From: Octopus sinensis
Lineage: Eukaryota
DNA length: 64,000 nucleotides
Reading direction: 5' to 3'
NCBI RefSeq assembly: GCF_006345805.1
Contig: NC_043004.1
Span: 24,490,001-24,554,000, forward strand
Shown here: in pieces, positions 39,877-52,810 of the stretch
Layout of the letters: each line of letters opens with the position of its first letter
How positions within the stretch are numbered: the stretch's first letter is position 1
Notes under the pieces: model-generated
Told to the model about the DNA's origin: nothing
Seen by the model: only the letters and a program-made list of their open reading frames with translations
The model's database searches: none
Translations under genes and position numbers: made by a program

Positions 39877-41681
39877 ATGGTGTAAAGGAAGAAAGAGAAA
39901 GAAAGAAAGAAAGAAATCACTATAAATATATAAATGTATATATATGTATGTGTATATATATATATGTATGTATATATATACATACATATATATATAACAT
40001 AGATATATAACAGACACGAACGCATGCTAACATGTTTATACATAACTACATACTTGTATTTCTACACATATACCGAATCTATTCGTGTATAAGTCACAAT
40101 CTATATAATAGCAGCTTATTGAGCTAACGCTGAAATTTCTTACACCATTGTTTTTAAACTTCGGTACGCAACATGTTACTTTGTTTTATACAATGCACAA
40201 TAAGTGCGATTTATACGCGGTAAAATGCGCTGTGTGTGTTTGTGTGTGGGTGGCTCTGGGTTTATCAACCAAATGTTTTGCAGAAAAGTTCAAATTCAAT
40301 AAAATATTGACAAGTTGCTCTTAGAATATTTTTCTTTTTTTGTTGTTGTTATGTTGTTTTGGCTTTGCTTTAATTTATACGAGTTGCACCCAAGTCTCAA
40401 CTAGTAACGTCAAAGGAAAACAATGTTTCATATTTAAAGATGCTAATAACTGAAGTGCCATTGCAATTGAAGGTACTGATGACTGTGAAAGAAAAAAACA
40501 CAGAGTGACTAAAGTTGCATTTGCATCGAGAGAAATTTACATAGAACGTATGCCCTTTTGAGATTTGCTTATTCTGGGTCTGCCAGTGATTTGCTCTGAA
40601 TACTTGTTTGCTCCTCTTGATGTCATTCTAAGTGTCCCGTAATAATAGGTTATGTTGTTTTATTCCGACTTAAATTTCCAGATCCTTATATTTACTCAGT
40701 TTTCAAACGTTTTTGGACATGTGCTTCTGTCGACTGGGTTCAGAAAACAAATCTTTTCAATATGATCTTTCACGTTAAGATCGGTTTGCCTGTATTTCTC
40801 GATCAGTCTGAACACTGAAATTCTAAAGCCGAGTAACCCCGGCATTTTTGGCAGCTTATAGTGGCTATTATGGCCACCAATTGTTTTTGAGAGGGACGTT
40901 GCATGTACAGCATATTGACTAGTGTATATACTAAGCCGCCCTGTCATACCTTTGCAATTATTCTGTTAGTACCAGTCTGCTACATCCAGAGATTTTGTGG
41001 TTGATTTCTCTAGTTTTTCTCCTATGCATTTTTCGGATGAAACAAGTTCTCAAAAACCACCAATAGCAGTGAGTCATGCAATGCCACCACCATTTGCAAC
41101 TCTTATTTTCATCAATAAGCACTAAAATGTGTATGTATTTGAATGTGCGTGCGTCTGTGTGCGTGTGTGTACGTGTGTGTGCATATGTGTGTGTGTGTGT
41201 AGGATGTAAATATATTTATAATAAACGCATATAAATAATATAACTTATATCTCTTACTTGTTTCAGTCATTAGACTGCGGCCATGCTGGGGTACCGCCTT
41301 GAAGAACTTTAACTAAGTATATTATGCTAATTTAGTTGGCAAGAAATTGCAATATTAGACGTATTGTCAGTTGTTGTAATATTATGAGCTGAACGGTTTA
41401 ATTTAATAGAGTTAAGTGTTGCTATATCTTCAGCAATATTAGGCTTAGACATTTACCGTAGACATTATTTCCGTTTTATAAACAAACATGAATCATTAAT
41501 TTTGCTCCTATAATCATGTTTGGCAGATTCATTCTTATTGAAGTGCTTTATATCATAGCATTTACATACAGACGCTTATATATGAACTTATATATAAATA
41601 TATATACATATATATATATATACATTCATTTATTTATTTATTTATATATATATATATAGATATATATATAGATATATATAT

Positions 41682-41722
<41 letters not shown>

Positions 41723-41740
41723 CATATAAAGAACAGTAAC

Positions 41741-42205
41741 ACTTCATTTCACGTTGCTCCAGTTTACTCAGCTGGCAAAAATGAGTAATCCTGCAACGAA
41801 CCGGCGTCCCGTCCACGTGGGAATTTCTAGGCCACTGAAACCGAGAAACCGACCCTTATGAGCCTGGCATGGCTCGAGAAGAAACATTTAAAGAGTGGAG
41901 GCGCAGTGGCCCAGTGGTTAGGGTAGCGGACTCGCGGTTGAAAGGTCGTGGTTTCGATTCCCAGACCGGGCGTTGTGATTGTTTATTTAGCGAAAACACC
42001 TAAAGCTCCACGAGTCTCCGGCAGGGGGTGGTGGCATTCTCTGCTGTACTCTTTCGCCACAACTTTCTCTCATTCTTTCTTCTGTTGGCCTCCTCGTTTA
42101 GCCAGCGGGGTGGCGTCATTTGAAGGCTAAAACAATGCAAAGTGCATTGGACCAACGATGTGTAGCAATATCTGATAGGCTGGTCGATGACGGTGATCAC
42201 GGTGA
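41741..42205 (+). mobile_element. SINE family A 3' part followed by full SINE family E
   Basis: 41741-41885 matches the family A body and tail; 41895 starts gtggaggcgcagtggcccagtgg with B box gtttcgattccc. Confidence 0.85.
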
Positions 42206-42769
42206 TATTTTACGCATACTATTCACTGTATTAAGATATCTATATGCACACATATATACACCTCTTTTTGTGTGTGTATGTATTTATGTACCTATATGTT
42301 GTGTATATACCCGTGTATAGATATATACATATTCACATACATATTTGTGTTTGTATCTATGGATGTGTGTGCAGCTGAATGTGCCTATATAGGTATCTTC
42401 CTACTATCAATACGGAAGGGTGCCAATGCGGTAATGTATATAGGTGTGTGTATGCGTATGTGTATACATATATGTCTATAACCACAAATATATCTCTATA
42501 GATATATATCTGTATACATCCCCGTTTGTACATTTACTTGTATATACATATTTTTATATTGTGCATATGTATGTATAGGTTTCCCCCACGTATCTATTTA
42601 TATTATGCCTTTATACTTATGTATACAGATATGTTAGTGTGTGTATCAATGTCTGTCCTTGTATGTATATTGATAAGAGTATGAATATATAGCTTTGTGG
42701 AAGTGGTTGTGTATTTGCTATTTTTTATTTTAATATTTTTTAATTTATATATATTATATATATAAATAT

Positions 42770-42839
<70 letters not shown>

Positions 42840-43104
42840 AATTAGTTCAAATGCTTCGTAGCGCGGTCTTTCCTCTTGTCCATGATGGCTTGGGATAGAA
42901 ATTTGCTCTTTCTCATCTTGTATGAGGAATACCGAATGTCAGTGTGTGTGAGTGTACTTATTTTTATTGTGTTGGTGTCTTTGGCCAGACCGCTAAGTTA
43001 TAGGGACTTAGGTAAGCCAACACCGGCTAAAAAGTGGTGGTAAGTGAAAGACACGAACGCACAAAGACACACACACTGATATATATATATATACATAGAT
43101 ATAA

Positions 43105-43340
43105 GCACTACTTGCCTGATAACAAACTCAGATATTCCCATGTCCCTGGTGATGGACCTGATTGACTTGGAGGGATCGTTGTCAAACGTCACCTGGATCT
43201 CATCAGCAAATTCAGGAGTTCTTTTCCTATCAGAGATGCCACATATTCGTAAGTCCCATTAGACCCATCCAGCCCTTTCTGAATCCTTTGCACTGTCCTC
43301 AGATTCACACTCGAAGAGTACAGCATGTCGTTTTCAAATT
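43105..43340 (-). mobile_element. Tc1/mariner-superfamily transposase N-terminal (HTH) relic
   Basis: VNLRTVQRIQKGLDGSNG...KRTPEFADEIQVTFDNDPSKSIRSITRDMGISEFVIRQVV. Confidence 0.7.
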
Positions 43341-43424
43341 TCTGGTAGAGTCAGTTGCGTCATTGTGCTGTTTTATCCATTTTATATAATACCTCCATAG
43401 GTTTGGAGGTTATGTACAGGTATT

Positions 43425-43596
43425 ATATATTAGAAAAAATAAGGTACTCAGAAATCTGGATGGTTGCACATTTACAGAATTGGAGATTCTACTAGAGTAG
43501 ATGCAAGCGCTAATATATGATTTATAAAAACATGTGACATAATAAAAAATCTGTAAATGTACATCCATCCAGATTTGTGAGTACCTTATTTTTCTA

Positions 43597-43602
<6 letters not shown>
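43425..43602. repeat. Inverted-repeat element (about 53-bp arms, about 71-nt spacer)
   Basis: 43425-43478 vs 43550-43602; the right end runs into a (TA)n(GA)n(GT)n tract. Confidence 0.85.
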
Positions 43603-43674
<72 letters not shown>

Positions 43675-44305
43675 TGTGTGTGTGTGTTAACGTTTTATAA
43701 ATTGCACCCTCTAGATCCGATATTTAAATTATGACAAGAAATGTTTTAATGACAGCTCTAACTCATCATTTCCGAAAATGCCTTCGGAACTGAATCATCA
43801 GTATAAGGAACACGGATGCGGTATGCATAGCTACGTTTATTATAAATTTCTTAATATATATGGATATATGAGTATATGCATGTGTGTACAAATGTTATAT
43901 ATCATATATACTCTCTATCTATATACACATAATATGTACCTCTACATATTTATTCGTGCATATAGGCGTATGTGTGCTCGCGAACGTGTGTATGTTGTTA
44001 TGAAACACGCATTAAAAGAGGTTTTCTTTCTCCAAGTAATTCCTACTTTTGGTGGGATTTCCCTAAGTAGGTTTCTCCCACCTTCATTCCATGGATTGTG
44101 TTACAATACAAATAAGTGCCAAGCAGAAAGGCAGAATCGCTTCTTGTCATATTAATAAACAAATGCGTACATACTAATACACATATTAGAAAAAGAAATT
44201 ACAAATATATTTTTATATTCTACACATATATATATATATAATATATATGCTAATATTTTAATATATATATGCATGTATAAATATATATATATATGTGTGT
44301 GTGTG

Positions 44306-44337
<32 letters not shown>

Positions 44338-44339
44338 TG

Positions 44340-44371
<32 letters not shown>

Positions 44372-44489
44372 TGTATGTATGTATGTATATGTATGTATGT
44401 ATATGTATTTATCTATGTATGTATATGTATGTATGTATGTATGTATATGTATTTATGTATGTATATGTACGTATATGTATATGTATGTG

Positions 44490-44532
<43 letters not shown>

Positions 44533-45139
44533 GTATGTGTGTGTGTGTGTGTATGTGTGTATGTACGTATGCATATAACACGGGGAGAAAAGCTTTCTGT
44601 ATGTAGCATTACTATTAAACAAGTAAACACCCACAATTCTAAAATATGCGAGGAAAAGATGAATTTTAAGACCCTAGATGTATGTATATTTATGTCCCTA
44701 GTTATAGGAAAGTGCTGCAAATAAATCGTATCACATTGTCTTTGGGTAAGTAAGTTAACTAAAGCTATTGACGTACATATGTGTTGACTGGACAGTTTTG
44801 ACAGCCGTTGAATCCGAAATTCATTTAAACAAATCCAGTTCCATTATCGATGTACGGATATGCATGCACAGAATATATTTTGTAAATGTAATAAAACCCA
44901 AATTTCCATGTAGGATACAAGCATTGTATTTTTTTTATTCTTCTACTTTGTATTTCTTAATTGTTCTTTTCTTCTGTGGTAAGAAATTTGCTTTGCAGCA
45001 GAATGGTTTCAGATGTCACCTACGGTAAGTGTGTTTTAGTATAGCTCGGGGCCGACCAAAGCCATGTAGGTGGATTCGGTAAACGGAAACAAACTGAAAG
45101 AAGACATTTTTTTAATATATGTGTGAGTATGTGTGTGTG

Positions 45140-45197
<58 letters not shown>

Positions 45198-45577
45198 TGT
45201 GTGTGTGTGCTGTGTGTATGTGTGCGTACTTATTTTTATAAGCCTGGTACTTATTTTATCAGTATCTTTCGCCAGCCCGCTAAGTTATAGGGATTTAAGT
45301 AACCCAACACCGGCTAATAAGCGGTGGTAAGCGAAAGACACGAACGCACATTGATATAGACAGACATACATTTTAAATTTTCTAAAGGTTAGTTGCCCGT
45401 TTTCAGTTTCAATTTTCCTGTAACAAGCGGATTATAAGTGGATAAAACAGTGTATTTGGCTTTAGAATAACCCTCTTTAGCCCTTAATTATATGATATAT
45501 ATATCTATATGTATAAATATGTATATATATGCATACACACACACATTTATATACATATAAACATACATACATATTTT

Positions 45578-46685
45578 ATTCCCCACTCATGGATGCTAGA
45601 AGCCTTTCAATTTCCTAAAATTCCAGTGAGAATAGTCAAAGCCAAAGCCGACCCGACTTCATCGTGGGCCACCATCTTGAAATTAAATACAAAAAGTGAC
45701 TGTATTATCACCGATAGAATACAATATCGCCAAAGCATATTCCAAGGAGACAGCCTCTCTGTGATGTTTTTTATACTTTCTATAAACCCCTTGTATTTCA
45801 TGTTAAGGAAGTCTGAAAGAAATCTCAATGGTTCACAAGGAAACAGTATAATATACCGATGAGACATGACATTTTAGCTAGGATACTCTATAATGAAATC
45901 TGTCGGAAGGATTAACCCGAGGACAAAGAAATAAAAACCCACAATATGGTAGAAGCCATAGCCACTCATAATATAAAGGTATATTGGTGGAATGTACCAG
46001 TGAAGACTTCAACAAAATGTAAGCACAACAGACCTGATATAATGATTTGGGAAGAGAAGAGAAACTGCACATTTGTGTAAATTAGCTGCCCAGCGGATGT
46101 TAACATAAAGCTGAAGATCAGTGAAAAAGAGAGCACCTCTGCTGAACTATTGAGAAATCTGCAGTTACTCTAGCCAGATAACAAGGACAAGTTTATACCT
46201 GTAATTATTGGAACCGAGATATGTAACACATTGCCTAATTACCAATCTTGATAAATTAGCCTTCTCAAAACCAGAAAGGAAAATGTTAATTCGAAAACTA
46301 CAGATCCAATCAATCACTAGAACTATAAAAATTTGTAAAACTTTCCAGAAGTTTATCATTTAAATATATATTACCATGTCTAGATATTAACTATATGCAT
46401 GAAAATACATACACACAAATCTGCACATGCATACATACATACAAATCTGCACATGCATACATACAAATCTGCACATGCATGCATACAAACATACAAATCT
46501 GCACATGCATGCATACATACATGCACATACATACATACATGCATGCACATACATGCACATACATACATACATACTCTGTTGTTGATGTTGAAATTCCAAT
46601 AAAGGAACCTTGGATCTAGGTTAGAAACCGTTTTTTTTTCTCTATTGGCAACAGAATCTTGAAATAAGCTGAATAATGATATACA
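45578..46685 (+). mobile_element. R4/Dong-type LINE, internally deleted (RT part + RLE endonuclease + 3' UTR)
   Basis: IPHSWM...IFQGDSLSVMFFILSINPL (RT); HNRPDI..W, SCPADVN, FIPVIIG, IQSITRTIKICKTFQKFII* (RLE); 3' UTR with (CATA)n. Confidence 0.85.
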
Positions 46686-46734
46686 TAAATACACACATAC
46701 ATACATGCATATGTATGTTTGTATGTTCTTATAC

Positions 46735-46835
46735 AATTTTATTTCAAGATTTCTTGCCAATAGAGAAAGAGCCAGTTTCTAATCTATATCCAAGGCTCCT
46801 TCATTGGAATTTCAAAGCAACGTCAACAGCGTATT
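46735..46835 (-). mobile_element. Inverted copy of the R4-like LINE 3' UTR
   Basis: Diverged reverse complement of 46575-46670. Confidence 0.8.
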
Positions 46836-47984
46836 TTTTGTGCTTGTCTTTTACCTCTGCTTGACAACTGCTCCGCTTTATTTATGTACAAAAACAAAGG
46901 AAGCATTAACTATATCCTAGCTTACCAGGATATTTGATATCATTACGTTTTTTCAGATGGTATATCGAAATTTTAGGGCTAATGAACTGTTATTTCCAGC
47001 AAGTCAACCGAGCATGCAGACTAGCACTTGATTCGATTTTGATTAGATTTAGTGGGAGGGTGCAAGGATAACTTTATTGAATTCATCATAAATTAAGATG
47101 AAGTTGAAATATGATAATTTGCCTCACTTCTCAATAAAGAAACCAAACTCATTCTCAGAGAACGAGTAAAAACCCCACCTCAATCACGTGTCCTCCTAGA
47201 AATTGCAGTCAAATCAGTGATGGAAATGGTAGGCATTCAGGAAACAGCATAACTATACTTTTCAGCTCACATGCTGGCTCATAATGTTTAAACACCATCC
47301 TCTTCCTCACGAGCCTCTAACAAACTCTCATTTCTTAAAACTCATTTCTTTCCCAGTTCACTCCGCACCATTTTTAGAAAAGACAGCAATATATTTTGGA
47401 TAATAGAGTTTATAATATACAGAAATATTGTTTGTGCCATCAGCGCTAACTTGGAGCTAAACAGCACTAAAGACGATGTGACAAACCTCACCACCACTAC
47501 GACCAACAATAATAACAATAACATCCTGACAAATATAACAGTCAATACACTTAAACTATAAAGCCAATTTGATGTAATTTATAAATGGAATTATATACAG
47601 AAATTCAATGTACGTATTTCCACCATATATTTATTTGCATAAATTCTTTATTTAGGTATGATTTCGGCATATATAGTTTTAATATCACTAAAAATTGCAA
47701 TAAAAGAAAATGTCGATTATAAACAAATAATAAAGAGAAAGGAACAAGAAAATATTGAATTATGATAATTTTATCTAAATTTAATTCAAGAAATATTTCG
47801 CTTCTGGTTGTATTTGGGAAAATTTGACAACGATAAGGTTATTGTTCATAGATCCGAATTAAAGACTTTTAGTTGAAAATAATTCAGTTAAATCGATTAA
47901 AAATTAAAAAGATCTAAAACTGCCTCAGTAAGTTGAAGTGGAAAGTTGGTTTTTAAGTTTTCTTTTTCCTTTTATTTATTTCAT

Positions 47985-48160
47985 TCATTGGATTGCGGCC
48001 TTGCTGGGGCACGATTTAACTGAACACATTGACTACGGCACATAGTTTTATGTCTTGTATTTATTCTATCGTTCTCTTTTGTCGAACCTATAGGCGACGG
48101 GGACGCAAACAAACCAACACTGGCAGTCGAGCGGTAGTGGGTGACAAGCACAAACACACA
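47985..48160 (+). mobile_element. Repeat family D copy
   Basis: gattgcggccttgctggggcac...gtcgaacc...gcggtagtgggtgacaagcac. Confidence 0.75.
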
Positions 48161-48162
48161 CA

Positions 48163-48259
<97 letters not shown>

Positions 48260-48502
48260 GACACAATATATATATTATGAAGGTTCAGACGAGGATATAA
48301 TCCTCAGAGGTTTAAGAATATCCAAGATTTGATTGGTTGAATGTCTAACAAAGCAGGCACATACATATATAGTATTATTAATATTATACAAAACAAGAGA
48401 GAAGATGGAGATAAGATTAATAAAAGTTTATTAGCATTGACAAACCCAGACCTGCAGCATATTAATTAACCAAATATATTTTAATTTAATCAATTTAATT
48501 TT

Positions 48503-48731
48503 AAGGCGGCGAGCTGGCAGAAACGTTAGCACGCCGGGCGAAATGCGTTGCCGTATTTCGTCTGCCGTTACGTTCCGAGTTCAAATTCCACCGAGGTCGA
48601 CTTTGCCTTTCATCCTTCCGGGGTCGATAAATTAAGTACCAGTTACGCACTGGGGTCGATGTAATCGACTTAATCCCTTTGTCTGTCCTTGTTTGTCTCC
48701 TCTGTGTTTAGCCCCTTGTGGGTAGTAAAGA
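48503..48731 (+). mobile_element. Full-length SINE family B (low divergence)
   Basis: aaggcggcgagctggcagaaacgttagc...gagttcaaattcc (B box)...gccccttgtgggtagtaaaga. Confidence 0.9.
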
Positions 48732-48844
48732 TATATATATATATATATATATAATATTAATTAGAGACAAAACCACTATTTTGTAAAACAAACAAGGAAA
48801 GACTTAATCAATACATAAAATTTTAATAAAAAGTAAAAAAACCG

Positions 48845-48887
48845 CCACTACAATTGTTTCATGTCCTCAATGACAATCTTCAGGTGG
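48845..48887 (-). ncRNA. Type I hammerhead ribozyme (mirror copy)
   Basis: Exact reverse complement of 48939-48981. Confidence 0.8.
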
Positions 48888-48938
48888 ATTTCCGATTTTC
48901 AAATCAGTTTCAATTGAAACTGATTTGAAAATCGGAAT

Positions 48939-48981
48939 CCACCTGAAGATTGTCATTGAGGACATGAAACAATTGTAGTGG
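48939..48981 (+). ncRNA. Minimal type I hammerhead ribozyme (PLE-type)
   Basis: CCAC CUGAAGA u UGUC-auugag-GACA u GAAAC AAUU GUA GUGG; predicted cleavage after A48977. Confidence 0.8.
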
Positions 48982-49154
48982 CGGTTTTTTTACTTTTTAT
49001 TAAAATTTTATGTATTGATTAAGTCTTTCCTTGTTTGTTTTACAAAATAGTGGTTTTGTCTCTAATTAATATTATATAATATTTTACTATAAAATTGGAT
49101 TTAATCCTAAATCTGATTTTTTCCCTGTAAATTTGGATTTATTCCCTAATATTT

Positions 49155-49186
<32 letters not shown>

Positions 49187-49434
49187 TATATATACATACA
49201 AAATATAGAACAGATCGAACACAACAAACAGAAACCAACAAAACAAAACATGCGTGAAAATAGACGATAGCACATCAAACGGCAAGCATCATTCGAAGCC
49301 TATTTCTTCATCAGTCGAAGTCCTGAAAGTCCTGTAGTTTCGCCCCCTTATCTCCGAGGCTACTCGAATCCGGCGGGAAAGGCAAGCGAGTGTATACAAG
49401 AACGAAAACATGAACAAAAACAAAAACGGGATAG

Positions 49435-49915
49435 TTATTTTGATGTGTTTCGGGTGGCATGAGTTAAAGAGGAGATATTGTTTTGAATCAGTAGGTTTAT
49501 AATAAATGTCAGTTATGATTTGATTGTTGACTTTTTTATTATGATGTCTAAATATGAGAGTTGTTCTTTGTTATATTCCATTGTGAATTGAATGTTACTA
49601 TTTATATCATTTAGTGTTGGTTTGAAATCCAAAAGTTTATCGATGTTCTCCTTCCAAATGATAAAGCAGTCATCCAAGTATCTCTTCCAATTTTCTCTTA
49701 TGTAGCGGTAAAATGGGTAATCATGTTTCTGAAGTGATACTTCATATAAGGTGAATTCAAAATAACCCATTATTAGGTTCGCAAGAACATGGGGCTGCTT
49801 TCGTTCCATCGCAATTCCACATTCTTACGATAGTATGTGTCATCATATAGGAAATAATTGTTCTGAAGTATAAATTTTAATTCACTCGTAAATATCGTTA
49901 CACACAACATGGACA
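49435..49915 (-). mobile_element. PLE reverse transcriptase fragment
   Basis: HVLANLIMGYFE...WKRYLDDCFIIW...IQFTME...KPTDSKQYLLFNSCHPKH; a diverged relative of 30708-31200. Confidence 0.9.
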
Positions 49916-50775
49916 ACATTTCTTCATAAGAAAAACTATATATTCAAATAAGTAAAACATAATATCATGAACAGCGATAGTGAAACCGGTCGATATATTA
50001 AAAATTATATTAAAACTATGTAAAGTGTGCGTATTTTCCTTTTTTTATTTTCTTACATATATATATATATATACAAACATATAGATATAAATATATATAC
50101 ACATATACATATATATATATATACATACATATATATACATATATATACACATACATATATACAAATATGTAAATATATATTCATCTTTATATATATATAT
50201 ACACACATACATACATACATATATATATATACATATATACATACACACATATATATACATATATACACATATATATATGCATATATATATATATGCACAT
50301 ATATATATACATATATATACACATACATATATATATACATATACACATATATATATAAACATATACATATATCCAAAATATACAGTATTATACACCCATC
50401 ACGACTGATATTACCTATTGTTTCTCGCTAGGAATACAACGGATTGTAAGGTAACAATAGACACATACACACAAATACATATCTTTAAGTACATTTTTAT
50501 ATATGTATACTGCCAATTCAAATAAAGAAATAAAAACGGAGAACATGGGGACGTGCGTAAGAAATATTATTAGCTTCGTCGGAAATGAGAAAGTGAAAAT
50601 TCCAAAGAAGGATGAGAAATCGTCAACGGTATACATATATGTATACACACATATATGCATACACACACACACACCTTTCTTTTGGAATAAACATAAATGT
50701 AAGAATTTGTTTGACTGCTTCTCAAACTGAACCTAGTTCCTTTAAATGTTGTTCGTTCACAAACATAAATATCAC

Positions 50776-50895
50776 GAATTAAACAAACTTTCTCTCTCTA
50801 TCTATGTATCTATCTATCTATATCTCCCTCTCTCTGTCTATTTATCTATCCCCCCTCTCTCTCTCCCGTCTCTCTCTCCGTCTCTCTCTCCGTCT

Positions 50896-50989
<94 letters not shown>

Positions 50990-50990
50990 T
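50776..50990. repeat. (CT)n pyrimidine tract
   Basis: Directly visible. Confidence 0.9.
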
Positions 50991-51484
50991 CACTCATATC
51001 CATTATGTAGCTGCCTCCAGCGAACAGAAATAATTATACATAATATTAAAATAGACTTGATTTCTTTTGTTTTCACTACTTTGTCCTCAACTTATGTCGC
51101 AGTGGCTTTCTGACGCACATGTATACGGGCGCGCACATACACACGCACACACACATACACACACATAAACAAGCACACACATACGTCTATAATCATATGC
51201 GCGTAGTTGTGAGTATTTTGTCAGTATGTCTCTCTTTATACGTATCGGAAATGAGGAAAGACAGGTAGTCAGAAAAGCGATGTTTTCAAAACAATTTTAT
51301 CTTTGATAAGCGACATCAATATAACTGTATTGAAATAGTGACAGAAGCTTGGCCTCACACCAAAATATCAGAAAATAGTTTCCAAACAGTTTAGAAACGA
51401 CACGACAATCAATTAAATAGTGATATATGAAATACGATATACAAATATAATGCTGCTGTTGTTGTTGTTGTTACCACTATTATC

Positions 51485-51530
<46 letters not shown>

Positions 51531-51934
51531 TATTTGGACATTTAGATTTAGACTAGAACAGCTCAATTCCATTACATAGTGTCTAAACATTAAACCAATT
51601 GATATGGTTCTCTCTAAGTTGTATTTAAGATATCTTGTGATCCTTTACTTGTCTGTGTTTCGTTATAATTATTTGTTGTCACCGATGCTGCTAATGTTCA
51701 GCCCAATTCAAATAGACCTGTGATCAATGATTTGAAACTGTGGCCTCCCCAGTTGTTTGTTAATCGGATAGAGTTTATCTTAGACTACATAATCCAATAT
51801 TCATTTATTTTTTTAAAACAATGTATGGTGTGGTCGGAGGGATTTGGCTGATATTTTTAGCATGCTGATTGACCTCATGAAATATTTTTTGTATATTCGG
51901 CCTCTCATCTCTTCGTCTGAAGCCAATTTCTGTC

Positions 51935-51979
<45 letters not shown>

Positions 51980-52177
51980 GTAGATGCAGCACAGAATTTT
52001 GTCAGTGAAGAAGTCGCGGTCTCAAAGCGACGAAAATATTTTGACAAATTAAATATAAATGTTGAAGTGAATCTAACGATGTTGTGTGTTTCTTAAATGG
52101 CTTATAAACACCTTCCCCGCTGCAATTGTTTTCGTTCCAGCACACCATCTCAGATCAGGTCACTTGCTATACAAGTA

Positions 52178-52244
<67 letters not shown>

Positions 52245-52398
52245 ATATATTATATATATATATATGCATACATATATATACATACATATATACATACATA
52301 TATACACACACGCATACACACACGCATACACACGCGCATATACACACGCATACACACACATACACACACACACATACACACACATACACCTACATACA

Positions 52399-52443
<45 letters not shown>

Positions 52444-52630
52444 TATAGTATTAAATTTAATTTCTGACTAGATTTTTCACTTTGTTATTTAGATCTTTGT
52501 TATTTAATACTATCATGTTCTTAAGAATAAAATCAACCTCTCTGTCTATATATTTACCCTCTTTATAACGTTGGCAAACGAAAAATATATAAGAATGTGC
52601 GTTGTCTGTTTGATTGGAAACTTTCAATAA

Positions 52631-52716
52631 GTGGCTGAAGATTGCTCGACATTTTAAAACTGATGTAATACTTACAGTGTTTAATAAAATGAGGTAGCAT
52701 GAAACGATCGTACCAC
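52631..52716 (+). ncRNA. Type I hammerhead with 59-nt stem II
   Basis: GUGG CUGAAGA [52642-52700 imperfect hairpin] GAAAC GAUC GUA CCAC; all core nucleotides are canonical. Confidence 0.7.
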
Positions 52717-52748
52717 ATTACCTCGGATATACTTGTTGCTTTTTTTAT

Positions 52749-52779
<31 letters not shown>

Positions 52780-52810
52780 ATATATATATTTATATATAGA
52801 TAGATATATA

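Larger units (their letters stand above)
48749..49078. repeat. Spacerless palindrome, about 165-bp arms
   Basis: Centre gtttcAA|TTgaaac at 48913/48914; the arms differ by a single 1-nt indel. Confidence 0.97.

Noticed and set aside
40690-40950. Tc1-like HTH relic (SVFRLIEKYRQT)
   Set aside because: A single short resemblance with no TIR or further motifs.
44990-45035. Micro-exon (cag|...|gtaagt)
   Set aside because: The apparent donor lies within a decayed SINE family C segment.
46420-46520. CRISPR-like repeat array
   Set aside because: A eukaryotic minisatellite without unique spacers; no CRISPR array is present in the window.
49285-49360. Minus-strand CUGAUGA..GAAU and GAAACUACAG motifs
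   Set aside because: A15.1 is lost and there is no stem I; at most decayed relics.
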